Source: Sphagnum compactum
Lineage: Eukaryota
Length of the DNA stretch: 64,000 nt
Reading direction: 5' to 3'
NCBI GenBank assembly: GCA_965153455.1
Contig: OZ234494.1
Coordinates: forward strand, 7,316,001 to 7,380,000
A program made the position numbers and the translations under genes. Positions 25,596-39,226 of the stretch are shown piece after piece. Below the pieces are notes generated by a model, which worked only from the letters and a program-made list of their open reading frames with translations, was not told the DNA's origin and searched no databases. How positions within the stretch are numbered: position 1 is the first letter of the stretch; each line of letters opens with the position of its first letter.

Positions 25596-28456
25596 TCACC
25601 TTATTGTCCTGTTTCCAGCATAAGCCCACACCTGTAACATCGACATGCAAGTAATGAAGAAAACCTCCCAGTACGACAATTCAAAGGTTACAGAAATGCT
25701 ATTGGACAAAACTGTGAAACTTTTAGTCCTCTGAAAGAGCACACTGACCTTCAGGGATGTATCCCAACTTCCTGTACACAGTGCACTACCATCTGATGCC
25801 ATGCCAAGGCAGCTTACTCGACTACTGTGTCCCTCTCCCATACCACCTCCTAGATTTGTTATCACCTACATCAAGGCAAATTAGATGTCAGATGGCAAAC
25901 TGCAGTGTCTTATGCTCTCTAAAATGTCTTCTTGATTAGACTGCTGATAACTATATTCCTAGAAACACCTCCAGAGACCCTGAAGTGTAACTTCTATTCT
26001 CTCTTTGAAGAATAGGCACTTCTCAAATTACTTTAAACCCCATGCCAAGTTCGAAGTTATCACACATGATGTTCCAAAAGTTACAATGAAAACTGGCAGA
26101 GTCCTGAGGTCTGTGTTGAAACTTCTAAGTATGGAAGAGCCACAAAGTGACCTACTAATGATCTGCACAGCAGAGTGAAAAAGAATGGACTTTCTAGAGT
26201 TTTTTGCTCTAAACCATCTGAACATCAAACATTTTGCTACAAGGAGCACTGTAATAACTGCTCTGAAATATTGTGATCATGCCACAAGAACCACACAGGA
26301 TCAAACTTTAAGCAACCCAAAGTGATAGCAACCACACCTCAGCCAGAAGGGTGTCCCAGACATAGCAGTTGCCATTGGTATAGCCAGCAAATAGGAGACG
26401 CCCCGAATAAGAGAAAGCAATAGAGGTGACATTGGAAGGGCCCCTTGAGGTGGAATGCTGGTCATGATAGTGCTGTAGCTCATGCCCAGTACGCGTATCA
26501 AACAGACGACATACTCCATCATCACTCCCTGTCCCAAAATAGCGGCCATCAGGCAAGAACTGCACCGTATTCACATCACCACCCTGACCTTGAAAAGTGT
26601 GCAATGCCCGAGCAGGTGTTCTTGTGTCCCATAGCTTTGCTGTTGAATCACATGATCCTGAGACGAACAAGCTTGAGTCCTTTGTGCTAATGGAAACACT
26701 GCCACCACCCTTCTCAACAGTCACTGTCTGCAATGCATCTTATCCTTTTAAGATTTCCCCAAAGTAAACTAGCAGGACAAATATCTTACAATATCATGTT
26801 TCTGTACACATAATGGCAGATATGAGTGTTTCCCTACAAATGAATAGTATCATCAGATTCCATGGACAAGCCACGGGACCACCTAGGGCAACATACTTCA
26901 CAATTCCAAGTTGAACCCAATCTTAACTTGCTCAAATCACCAACAGAAGACAAAGAAGCAGCAATTGCAGCTTGCTATACCAGACCTTTCTGCCCTCGAG
27001 CAACTCAATTTTTTGTTTTGCAATGGAGAGGATCAAGAGAAAACCTTTGCAGACAAGAAAGTCCCAGCCAGTCATTTTGGAGTCATTCTGTGAAAAGGGT
27101 TGCTGAAACCTAAGCAATTGCCAAGCTCTTCTCACATGGTATGCAACCACCTTGCACTCTAAGGATAACTTAGGGCAAGCAGATATTCACCTCATGATGT
27201 CCCCATTATGTCCAGATGGAGAGTCTCCTCCAAAAGTCTGTATGCGCTTGTTGGCTTCAGCATCCCACAAAATGCATGTTTGGTCTCCAGAGCTGGTGAG
27301 AATATGGGCTTCATGATCAGGCACATAGCGACAACATGAGAGATAGCCCTTATGGCCCATCAGTGTGCGGGAAACAGGCAGGTTACCCTCCTTGTCAGGT
27401 GAAGAGCTGAGATGGAAAATCGAACAGACATTATCCAATCCACCACAGGCCACTGCAGTTCCAGCCGGTGAGAATGCTGCTGTCATGACCCAAGCACAAG
27501 CCAGTTTGATGGCATGCGTCTTTTGGCTTGATACTGCATTCCATACAATAAGCCGTCCATCTTGTGATGCTGACACAATCCGTGTGCTCTCCACGTATGA
27601 CCAATCCAGTGAATATATCTGACATTTTACCTTGAGTGTCACTTTACAACAGAGTGTTGCAGACAGAATTTGTGAGGCAACTATAACGTTGTTATGTTGA
27701 AAAGATTCTAAACTGATCAGCTTCTGGATCTGGATTTGAGTTTCACAGCTCACACTTACCTATGCGTCTCCAATTGTGAAATGGAGAGAGGCGATGGCAA
27801 ACATACCTTGCCTGTATGTCCTTGCAGTGTTCTGCAGCACTTGAATTCGTTGACATTCAACCTGACAGGTTTACAGCCATATTGCCTTGAGTATCTGATC
27901 ACTGTGCAGTTATATCCAAAAGGCAAAAAAAACCTTAGTCAGCGGGGGAAGTAGCAATGCGAGAGTCGAGAGAAAAATTCCTACAGAGGGAGCCTGAATA
28001 CAGACGGTCACTTGAATACTCTCAAGCAGTATTTCAAAGTCGAGCCCCTACTCTATGGAGTATAAGCAGCTGACCTAATCTTCCCCCTGAGAACCTTCAT
28101 CTCTACGTTCCTGCAGCAGCAGCAGCAATTGATACAATGCCACAAAATCCAGTTCCCAGACTAGAGCAAAATTTCCCCTTTCTTAGACACGGAAATAAAT
28201 AGAATGCTTTACATCGACTTCCCGTATTGAAGAAAAACCTCAAAATGAAAGCACACGAAAAGAAAAAATTATTATACAATGAGAGCGACAGAGACACACA
28301 GAGAGGGGGGAAAGAAGAGTATAGCGGGATGCAGAGAGAAAAAAACAAACAGTCAATGTCGGACAACTGCGCGCGCCGCTCTCGCAATCGCTCCCGCAGC
28401 TCCTGCACTTGCTGCTGAGCCACGCTGTGACGCTCTCCTACTTCGGACAGCGACAT
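25596..28456 (-). CDS. AGB1: Heterotrimeric G-protein beta subunit (WD40), 380 aa
   Basis: Exons 28351-28456, 27807-27901, 27191-27618, 26338-26698, 25749-25865, 25596-25631 (1143 nt in frame). It has an N-terminal coiled coil and motifs [56 protein letters not shown] and LCTGSWD. Confidence 0.97.
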
Positions 28457-28735
28457 GGCTGCTTGTAGGCAACGCACAATGGCCACTCTTGCGTTGCCGG
28501 CATCACCACGACGACGCCCGCCTGCCCGCCCGCCCGCCCGCACTGCGCTGTGGCACCCGTCCGTCCGTCGCTGCGAGTCCGTAGTGTGCGAGACGATCAA
28601 AGCCCGCATCAAAGCGACAGCACTGAGTGTACGTAAGTAAATACAGTATGGATGAAAATACGGAATACACAAGTTCGAAACGTAAATTGAGACCTAATAA
28701 GGTATTATACTTTTCGCATTGTGTACAATCCCAAA

Positions 28736-29012
28736 GAGCATCTCCACCAAAGCGATCGCTCAGTATGTGACCCTGCAAAAATATTTCTCACATCCAAGTT
28801 TTGGTTACTAACTTATTTCCAACCCCACCCATAAATAAAACTGAAACTGAGACTGCAAGTAGGTGGGAGACTACTAATAGCAAACCACTTGGACCAATCA
28901 AACTATCTACCCAATTAGAAACAGGGAGCAATCAATAAATGCAATCTGAATGAACCTCATCGAAGATTTGCACTGCAGGAGGGTCACATACTGAGCATTG
29001 GTGGAGAGGCTC
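28736..29012. mobile_element. Tourist/PIF-Harbinger-type MITE (277 bp)
   Basis: Terminal inverted repeats GAGCATCTCCACCAA..GCTCAGTATGTGACCCT and AGGGTCACATACTGAGC..TTGGTGGAGAGGCTC. Right flank is TTA and left flank is AAA, so the TSD is imperfect. Confidence 0.8.
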
Positions 29013-29107
29013 TTAATGCATTCAGTACAAGAGTACTTGCTGCAATTCTTTTTCACCTGAATTTGCCATTTGGCCCATTTTTTTCGCCTTGACATTTTGT
29101 AAAGATA

Positions 29108-29552
29108 TTAGTGTGGCCTGTGGCCGTTGGCCCAAGTGTGAACTCGTCCACGTCCTCAACTGATTTTTCCTTCCAAAACCTGGTTTTTTGGAATTTCTTT
29201 GAATTTTCAGGGGCGAAAATCACTTTTAAATTCAACATCTCTCGCATTCAAAACCCAAATCTTACCAAATAAATTCCATTAAATCCTGCTCATCAAGATC
29301 TTTCCAACAACACACCAAAGGCACATTCCAATTCCTCCGAAGTTTTGAGCTACGATTTAATTTAATTTCAGTGAAGAATCATTCAATCTTCAAAAACTTT
29401 TGCATCGCAAAATCCAAACGCCATGGAACCAAGCCAATGCACCCCTCCTCCTCAAGAGCTTTAAAAAGAGACCAAGAACAGAATCTGAAGCATCCCGGTT
29501 TGGTGGATTTCATTGGTACAAAACAAACAAACTACCTTGCTTCATAGATAGA
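29108..29552 (-). mobile_element. Non-autonomous Helitron (445 bp)
   Basis: On the minus strand it reads A|TCTATCTATG ... GGGCCAACGGCCACAGGCC (GC-rich hairpin-like) ... CTAA|T. This gives a 5' TC, a 3' CTRR and insertion between A and T with no TSD. Confidence 0.75.
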
Positions 29553-29999
29553 TTTTGGGGCATGTGACGAGTGCTAAGGGGGTGTGTAATATGCCACAAG
29601 ACCCTTGGCATGTTCCGCACCCCCCTTATTACTTGTAACATGGGAGGTTGTAAATGATAAACATGACAAGGGGAATAAAAAAGGGGCAAAGGGCAGACTG
29701 GGTGGGTGGTGTTCCTCTAAATGGCAGAAATTCCATTCCCAAGCAACCTTACTTGTTTGCATAACTACCACTTTGGCAAGTTACAACCCATGTGCAAAAC
29801 AAAACGAAGGATGCCATGCCACGCCACGGCTTGCCCTCTTGTGCCATGGCATGAATATGTTCAGACAATACAAAGGATTTGACAATTTGAGGCTATGACA
29901 ATGTAACGAGGTTCAAATTCACTCACTCCCTAAACCCTACCTACCTTACCAATAGAAGAAAAAAAATGGCCCTACCTAGCATCCTCTCAAGCATAAGGA

Positions 30000-30330
30000 A
30001 CACATTATTGCAAGCCTGACATTCTATATTCAAGCACATGTTGCAAGCTCATCTGGACACTCTACATTGATGTTCAAGTTCAACATTCCACATCATGTTC
30101 ACATGCACATTATTACAAGCTTGACCTTCTACACCAATGATTAAGCACATGCTATTACAAACTTGACATTTTACAAGTTCAACCTTTGACACCATTTTTC
30201 AAGTGCATGCTATTACAAGCTCAACATTTTACATTAATGGTCGAATGCATGTTTTCGCAAGTTTGGCACTTTACGTCAATGTTCAAGTGCATGTTGTTGA
30301 TAGCTCCACACTCTATGCCAACATTGTTCA
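30000..30330. repeat. Degenerate ~42-bp tandem repeat
   Basis: GCATGCTATTACAAGCTCAACATTTTACATTAATGGTCGAAT-like units. The 42-bp spacing is clear from about 30205. Confidence 0.6.
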
Positions 30331-32034
30331 ACAAGAACCTAATTCCTTGAAATCACATCATGTCATTGATAAATCTTCCAACTACTAAGAGTCCCATTTT
30401 GTCAACGATAATGTGCTAAAAGGTGCACCATTCTCTACAACATAGAACTCTAAACCATTTTGACCTTTTTAAAAATGAGGCTTTTCATCCTCTTGCATAG
30501 CTTTGCACCATGCATTTTGTTGTTCAATAGAACATTCACCTCCCAAGAATAGGTCTAATACATGAACTGCCCATCAATGTATTCATGGTACGGTGGACCA
30601 ATTTGGAAGTAACACAATCCACTTTTCTACAACTTAGGTGTGATTCTAATTGTTACATTGTTTTGTACATATTAAAATTGTTAAATGGGGTTCATTTTGA
30701 ATTATAGACTTCAATATGCATAATACAAAATTGATTGGTATGAAAATTTCATAAAATTATAGGAGTTATGGACTTTTGAAATTGAAAATCAAAGTTTGTT
30801 ACATCAACAACAATTACTGGGTGGATTTTGGTTTGGTTCCATGGTGGACTTCAAAATTTATTAGGAACTTGGCTTTAATTAGAAAATGTAATAATGAATG
30901 CAAGATTGAAAGGTTTTAATTTATATTTAATGTAGTTTATTACCTATGGACTTTTATCTAATGAAAAAACCCAAATATTTTTCAAAAGTCCATTTCATCT
31001 TGAAAAAACAAGAATTGAGTTGAGATTATGCATACATATATTGATCAATGAGCTCTAGAACAGTCAACATTTTAGTGGGAAAAAATGCTTAAAATCAATG
31101 CATTGTTGCTACTTGATTACAAAAAAAAAATAGGGCTAAAAGAAAACAAAGGAAATGGACTTTCAAATTACGGAACTTTTGCCACTTTTTGGTCCATTCT
31201 ACCATGCACTTGCCTTGTAGACCCATTACTCTTAGTGTTTCCTTATAATAATTAATTTGTAAAAATTATATCATATTTCTACATCATGAGAACATATTCG
31301 AGTTATACCTTGGCCTTTTTCATCAAAGATGTGTGGGATGATAATCCACCATTGAAAACATGTTGATGTGTAGGTAACATATTTCTAAAAATGGGATCTT
31401 GTTGTATAATGGTAACATGTTGTCGTGTGATCTTTTGCTTTTGTTTGCTATTACAATGTTTAATAATGTGTGCATTATATTAACCCTTCACAAATTGCTT
31501 ATAATTTGTCTAAAACATCTTAAACAAAAATATTAATCAAGTAGCTAGTAACACAAGTTATGTTGATAGTTTAACAAAACTCATAATGTTACACTATATT
31601 TTTGTTGACTAATATAATATATTTGGAACCTTGCAATTATTATGTGAAATTTGTTCATCTGGCACCATGGTTCCAATGGCTAGGAATTGGAGTTTTGTAG
31701 TCCACAACAAAGCCCAAAGAGGAAAATGGCACACAACGACCTCAATGGCCAAAAGCTTAAGGAATTAGAATCCACCGCAAAGCTTATAAAGGATATAAAT
31801 CCATCAAATTACAAGTAGGCACCAAGAAAATGTATTATCTATTGGTGGTTCATTCCAAGCCTATAAACCAACATATAAACTCATGTTGTGCTACAAATGT
31901 ATTTTGAAATTAATTTGTTAATATCATTGTTGCATAATGTAATTGTGATTGATCACATATGTAATAGGCTAATGATTTTGGAAGAACACTTTATCTAATA
32001 TATATAAGGAAAAAGGTGAATAAATTGCTTACAT

Positions 32035-33960
32035 ATAATTTTCCAAGGTAAAGCCCTCAGGTGGGGATTTTCCCTAAATAAGGTGTTTAAAGTGAGGCAA
32101 TATCCAAATTTAGCTTCACATTTGGGGAATGTCCCCCACCCATGGACATTAAAGCAAGAGGTGATATTTAGCATGAATGTCGCAACCCCACTTTGAGGCA
32201 AGTGTGAGAAATGAAACTCACACTCCCAAAAGTGGGAACTTGGAGTCCTCCAGGACTCCCGAAAATTCAGAGCTTGATTGCAGGGGTCAAAACACATCGC
32301 ATTGAAGTGTTCTTTATACCGTTGGAAAGGTCTTGAAGTTTAGATGTTGAAAATGGCCTCGCATGAGCCATTCAAACATCTACAGCACAATTTATGGTCG
32401 AAAGAAGGGCCGACAGTCAAACTGGCAGTTTGACTCCCGACCACTAAAAGTCAGGATCGACCCGATCCCACTGTGTGCAGGTAGAGTGCAACACACTGTT
32501 GGAAAGCTCTTGAGGAGAGCTACAAGTTTGCTTCAGACCTCATCCCAATCGGAGGTCTGAGCTGAGAGTTATGAGCTTCCATAGTCCGATAGTCCAAACC
32601 GAGACCTTCCCTCCTTGGGAGTCCCGTAACAAAAAGCCATTCGGATGTAGGTGCCGTGGGCAAACGCAGAGAATACTATATGAGGGAAGGTGGTGGCTTC
32701 CCCCGAGTCCGGGCCGTGGTGAGTCAAGTGAATCCGTGTTGCCCGTGGCTTGTCCCAACACCAAGAATGTTCCCTAATGTGAACTAACCAACTTGTTGGT
32801 TGGTTTTGATGCAGGACCGAGTAACTAAATACGTTGTCCCTCTTCCTAGTCTAATCCAGGAGCTTTCAGCATGCCCCTCTCACCCCCTTTAGTGCTGGAA
32901 GTTGGGAACGGCACCAAGTTCCAACTACTTTCACTCTTTAACATAATTGGACCCTTTTTGGGTCAAACAAGGAACTTGGGGGCTTGTCAATGAACCTTAA
33001 CAAATGTGCATCACAAGTTTTAAGAAGGGAGGATTCTTACACTAAATCCTTAAGAAAAGGAAGGATCTTACACCTAAAGATTACAAAATCCAATAACTAA
33101 ACAAAATGTGATCATGCAATCATGGAGGCCTAAAATATTTCATTCATAAATAGTCAAAACTAAATGTAAAAACCCAATTTCCTTTTTTGAAAAAAAATTC
33201 ATAGATATATGGTGCCTTCCAAATACATTAAATAAGAAAAATTATCCAATTATTTTTAAAGTGTACCTATTGTGTGGTCTTGGGAAAATATTCAACGTAG
33301 GTGGAACTATCCTTAGAATATAAATTACTAGGTTGTCTATGTCTAGCGTTTTAAACATTAGCTAGTTCATATTGTCATGTAAACATTTATAATTGTGTTT
33401 TGTTTAATGCTTTGATTTTGTAGTTTCAAGTAGGAGAGTGCACATCTTTCTAGGATTGGTAGTGTTTGAATGTGGATTCTTTGATTCTTTTTAAGTCAAC
33501 TTAATTATCTACTTACATTTCCATCCATGCAGCAGTTCATAGATTTTGATGCGATCCTTTGAAAAACATGCACAAATCAAAAGAAGAATTGCAAAATGAT
33601 ATTTCTTTTAAATGAGTAAAGCACTCCAAGTTTTTTCCTAGTGTCTTTGGAAGGCACCTTATATTTTTGAATAATCCCTTTTACAAAAAGAAGCAAGGAT
33701 TTTTTTCCTACTCCTTAAGAGTGGGTGGGAACCCCCTTTTATGCCTTAAGCGCATATGTGGGTGGGAGGGAACCCCTCTTACACTTTGTGGTCTACATAT
33801 GTTTAGGTTCATGATAATGTTTGTTTTGTATTTATGATGGGTAAAGCCCATGGGTTGGGGACATTCCCAAAATGCAAGGTTACATTCAACTACTACCTTT
33901 TCTTAGCCCCTTTATTTTGGGAATACCTCATCTTGAAGCGTTACCTTACCAAAAAATTCC
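32035..33960. repeat. Long imperfect inverted repeat (foldback/MULE-like TIRs), left arm interrupted by the solo LTR
   Basis: 32035-32177 plus 32990-33240 is the diverged reverse complement of ~33630-33960. Examples: GGTGCCTTCCAAATACA vs TGTCTTTGGAAGGCACC, and TTTGGGGAATGTCCCCCACCCATGG vs CCATGGGTTGGGGACATTCCCAAA. Confidence 0.75.
32178..32989. mobile_element. Solo LTR (812 bp) with 5-bp target-site duplication
   Basis: Begins TGTCGCAACCCC and ends GGGGCTTGTCA (TG..CA). ATGAA flanks both sides (32173-32177 and 32990-32994). GC content is higher than the flanks. Confidence 0.88.
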
Positions 33961-36900
33961 TTTCAAATTGGTTTGACGGGGTAAACCAAAGGGGACACAA
34001 TTTTTTCAATCTTTAATCTAACACACAATTCAATTCATTCTTTTGCACAAATTCATGAGATTATAACCAATGGGTTATGCTATAGTTGTGCAAATATATG
34101 ATGAAGAAATATATATATATTTGGAAAGGGGTTACAACAATCCATGCATAACACATGATACTAAAAAAAATCTAATTTACAATGCAAGGTAATAATTGAC
34201 ATATTTTATGCACAAACCCTTCAATTTTGCACATACAACGTCATATTTGAAAGCCAATTTATAGTATTTGTGGATGGGGTTATGCAAGTATGATTGGTGT
34301 TTCCCCCTTCCCTTTTTATGTCTAACTACTATCAACTTAGTCTAAAAAATAATGACCTCCCAAGATTCTCATCACAAGTATAAATAATACTTTAAAAATT
34401 ATAATAGTCAAACCCCTCTACATTCATGATGGTATGTATTGTATATGTACATTATAACCCATGCATCTCATTCCTATTTTGCACTTCAACTTCTTTGTGT
34501 TTAAGCTCTTATGTGCCCCAACTTTTGGGTTGTTCATGGTTTGGTAGCCAAAAGGTGAATCCTTGGAAAAAACATGCCTCCTTTTGAACCTTGTGGTGGC
34601 CTACCATCATTTTTAATAGATTATCTAGTGGTATGGTGCCAAACTAAAATTGGAAGTATCGTATTATATTGATAAATATTGGTTTTTGTCATTGATAGAT
34701 GATAAAAATTAATTTGAAGTTTTGGACTTGTCATAATTTTTCTATTGTGTTTGTGGACATTTAAAAATTTCAGTTTTGAAACATGTGTTCCATTTTTTTC
34801 ATTGGTCATTTTGGACTTTGGGACATTAAAAAATTTTGCTCATGTAAAAACTACCTAGTTTAATATTGACCACATTCAACACCCTTGGCTCATTTAACAA
34901 TTTTCTTACTTTTACTAGACTTATATCCATGTAAAGTAACGATATAATTAACCATTGACCAACCCTAGCTTCATCAATGTAATATTAATCAAAAGTTATA
35001 ATTGTTAATTTGGTTATGAGTTGTGAGTTGTGACCAATGTTGGCCAATTATTTCTTTTTAAAATAGATGGGTACATTATCAAATAATCAATTGATAATTG
35101 CATGTTATCATTTCAGTTATTAACATTATAATTTCTTTAAATAATTTTTAAAACTTTATTGTATTAATGAATAAAAATTGATAGGTAGGTTATTTAGATT
35201 TTGAAAAATCAATACCAAGAGGTTATCAATTTAACAACTATTTTAAAAGCATAATTATTTGTTGGTAGGTTTCACAAACTTGATAATTATGTATGTCAAA
35301 ATTCAATAATCAGACAACATTAGTTGTGACCCAACATTTTTATCATAAAAATAATTGTCTATATGTTTGAATTATTTGAGTCGTTCAAATTTGAACCTAC
35401 TTTTGATTAAGAGTCAAGGCCAAAAACATTGGGGGCCAATAATGGGAAATTCGAACACTTTTTGGTTTGTTGTTTGGCCCTAAGTTACTAAGAAAATTTT
35501 ATTTGTTTAGGGGCCAATGAGTTTATCAAGGCCAAAAAGTAGGGACCAGGGTTTCAACTCATCATATGTTTTCATTTTTTCATTCTTGACCTTATTCTAA
35601 TTATGAATTTTTTGTCTTTGCTTCTAAAATTCCAAGCGAACATGAGTTGAAACACATTGTCAAGACTAAATCTTACCAATTTTTTTTTTTTGCATTTTAA
35701 ACAATTTTGGCGCTCCATCTCCTTGACAAACAACAATTAGGGCCTCCACATTACAATCCTTCCAAAATTTCCTACTTTTTTCATTTCCATCCTCTTCACC
35801 TTCTTCAACCTTCACCATTTTCTTTTGAGCTCAACCCTCCTCCAAGGTTGTTTCTTGTTGGGTTCAAATGGTAGCATAACTTGAACATCCTCTTCTTGGA
35901 TGTCTTGAAAATTGAAAACTTGACGACTCATTGATTTTCTCTTGGGCACAAACTTTTGTAGTATTTCCAAACCCTCTTTATTTGGAAAAATAAAATATGA
36001 GGTCAAGATGAGCAAATTAACTCTTGTAGTTACATGCATTTGAAAGGCTGAAACACATGAAGACTTGCACGGTTCTGCAAGAAACCATGCAATATGTTAA
36101 AAAGATGAAGCTTTCACATGTTCAATTGAAAAATCAAGAAAATCATGTTCAATTGAAAGCTCATGTTCAATTGAAAGAATATTAAAGCTTTCACATGGTT
36201 TTATGGTTTTCAATGTTATGAAGATGAAGCTTTCACAAGTTCTTCAACTCAGGTGTTGTGCAGGTGAGGCGTCAGATTTAAGATTGAGTCCTTTCCCCCC
36301 AGAGAATTAGGACCAACCACTGGCATATCTTCCTCTACAGAGTGGAAATTATATATATTTCTGTACTCCTATAACAGCAAAAGACTCCAAGAAATGAAAA
36401 CCTTGCGGCAGAACAGCGCGATTCTCCGCAGGGCTGCACTGTCAGGCACCGGACAGAGCTCGATTGCCCGGGGGGGGGGGAGAGAGGCGGGTGGGGTTGT
36501 AATTAAGCGACTCACTAAATTGTGCTGTTGAGAGTTTACTCAATTGCAACGACTACATGTTGTTACCTACAGCCTCATCAATCAAGTATTGCACAGCTAC
36601 ACTTAAAGAGACTGTCAGCGTGCCACACTTGCTGACTCCTCTCACTGACATTATCCAATTGGGCCCATCTATCAAAGCACCACAAAAGCCGCATATGGAG
36701 AGTATAGTACATGATATTGGCCGCTGTTGATGATGAGAGACAACAGGTAAGTCATAGAAAATGCGAACCAAAAAAAAGGAGTTTTATGGAAGTGTCAAGA
36801 ATGAACTCCCACACCCAAGTTTTACTTGAAGAGAAAAAGATCCTCCCGGAAAAACTCCTTGTAAAGGGCTGCATGAGGGAACAGTGAACCAAACATATAC

Positions 36901-39105
36901 CTACTACTATCATGCAAGTTTGTGCTTCTTGCTATGTTATAGGGTGTGTGTGGCTTGAGCATGTTTTTCTTGTAGGATAAGGGCCATTCCACAGGCCGTT
37001 CTGTGTTTCTGGGTGCCTGGGAACTGCTGCGGGAAAGGCTAGCCGTTCTCCTAAGCAAAGACCAGGGATGTTGAAGAAGGGTTTAGAAGCCACCATGATG
37101 ACCAAATGAAGATGGATCCTGTGTTAGATTTGTGCTCTGTGGTGTCTTAGCTTGTCTTTCAATGGCACCTTCCAAGACAAAAGATGCCTGAAAGTATTGA
37201 GTATATATTTATTTATTGAGTATTAGGTCTTCAGTATCCCAGGTCCTTATGAAGGGATGCTGATGTTCAAGAAAACACAGCATGTTTCCGAAGTTTGTAG
37301 CTGCAGCAATTCAGTGATTGGTTGAGAGCAGGCCTTACATTTGAAGGCCCATGTGCCCATTCACCTTGTGAAAGATTGATCTAGAAACTACCCTACCCTT
37401 TGCATTGAAAGACCGTCCACTAAAGTGCCCTTCGAAAATTGAAGACTCTTCGAAAATTTATCCTTCACTAAAACAAAATAAGGGGTTTGTCACACTGTGG
37501 CCTTGCCATTTACATTATAAAGTATCATCTTAAGGCAAAAGAAAAAGTATGGAAACTCAAATATTTCACCATGCAAAAATGTAATCTTCAAAAAACCTTC
37601 TAAAAGAAACCAAAATCCTTCAATATAATTATAACTCTATAACTAATCACAAGTTTCAACACAAGCCAAAATATCATCTTTCAAAAATCCTCATATAAAA
37701 ATAGACCAATTAACTAGGACCCTAAATCCATTAAGCTACTATACTCTATAATGAATCTAAACGCCATATCATTGCCTTGGTAGGCAAGGCTGACAAAGAA
37801 ACATGACCTTGTTTTTGAAATGTATTAACTGCTAAATGCTGAATAAGGCAAGGACGATTTATTGGGAATTTCAAATGGATATGGGTGATGGAAAATTTTC
37901 AGTTTTTGGGGGAATCATAGGTGTGCAGTAAGGGGTTAACTCCTGAAACTCATTTATGAGTTAACTCGAGGGTTCTTCGAGCATTGGGGTCACTTTGAAG
38001 CTGCTGCCAGTTTTCAAGGATCCTTACATTCTGAAATTTGGATTGTTTCATGCATTCTTACTTGAAAATTTACATTTTGGTTTTAATTTTGTTTTATGAG
38101 TACCTTGGCTATTGGGAGGGCCATGTTAAGCTGCATGCATTAGTGTAATGGAAAAAAGTCTGTTTTGTTGATAAAACTTAACCCAGCCTTGGGCAGCACT
38201 TGCTGGGAGCTCAATCTAGCTTTTGCTATACCATCATCACCCCTTTGCTTGATGTTGGCTGAAATCTTTACTAATTGTAATCACGTTTTAGGGTTTTTAT
38301 TGTTTATGCTTTAGATTCATTGTTGTTAGTTTTCACAACTTGAACATTAAAAACAACATTAAGATTGTCAAAGGGAACAACAATTTATAAAACTTTAATA
38401 TTTGTCTTAGATTTCTTCCATTATTATAATCACATTTACAAAATAAACTTTGCAAATATTTTGTGTTATTAAGAATGTGATAGTGGTACTCAAAAAATGG
38501 TGTTTCTTACTGATGATTATTATCAAATAAAATAAAATAAAATAATGACATAAACAGGAATGTGACTAAAATAGGCGTATTATAAAAGGAGTTTACTCTG
38601 TATGAAACCGGTGGTTAGACTATGGTTATAACCATGAATTGACTACAGTTCAGCGAACTCCCTCTTTATCCAGCAACTGTTTCTTATCCAGCAGTAATGG
38701 TGATTACCATGTAATTACAGTAATTACTAATAATTACTGTTAAGTTCGTGCCTCACTTTCACTGCATGCAACTCCCCCACTCCCTCGTTGCTTTCCCGTG
38801 CCATCGCTGCTGCCGCTGCTTCTGCTACGCCTCTGCAGCTCTTCTCCTCGCTCTCGGAAAGGAAAGAAAAAAACCGTTGACGACGGAGTTTTCATTTATT
38901 TGGGTAATTTTTTGCATTTTTTTTGTTTACCACATTAAGCACTCCGGTTTTGTCTCTCGCTTGTGATCTCATTTTCGGCTCCAAATTGGCTCGATCCATG
39001 ACGCATTTGGTGAGTTCTCACTGCTCTCACTAGGTTTCCTCTGCGAAGGCTTTCTGTCGCTCTTCTTCGAGGGCTCCAAAATTTTCCGTGTGATTCGGAT
39101 TCTCT

Positions 39106-39226
39106 TTGTTTCTTCGTGTTCAGGAAGAGGGGAGAATATTTGGAGAAGGAAAACGAAGCTATTCTTGCTTGTTTCTTCGAGTTCAGGTGGAGGGTAGAGC
39201 ATTTGGAGAAGGAAAACGGAGCTATA
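39106..39226 (+). repeat. 63-bp direct duplication in the probable 5' leader region of the small TM-protein gene
   Basis: TTGTTTCTTCGWGTTCAGG...ATTTGGAGAAGGAAAACGRAGCTAT occurs at 39106 and 39169. Confidence 0.85.

Noticed and set aside
37095..37191. C/D-box snoRNA candidate (ATGATGA ... CTGA)
   Set aside because: There is no terminal stem and no rRNA-complementary guide that I could recognise.
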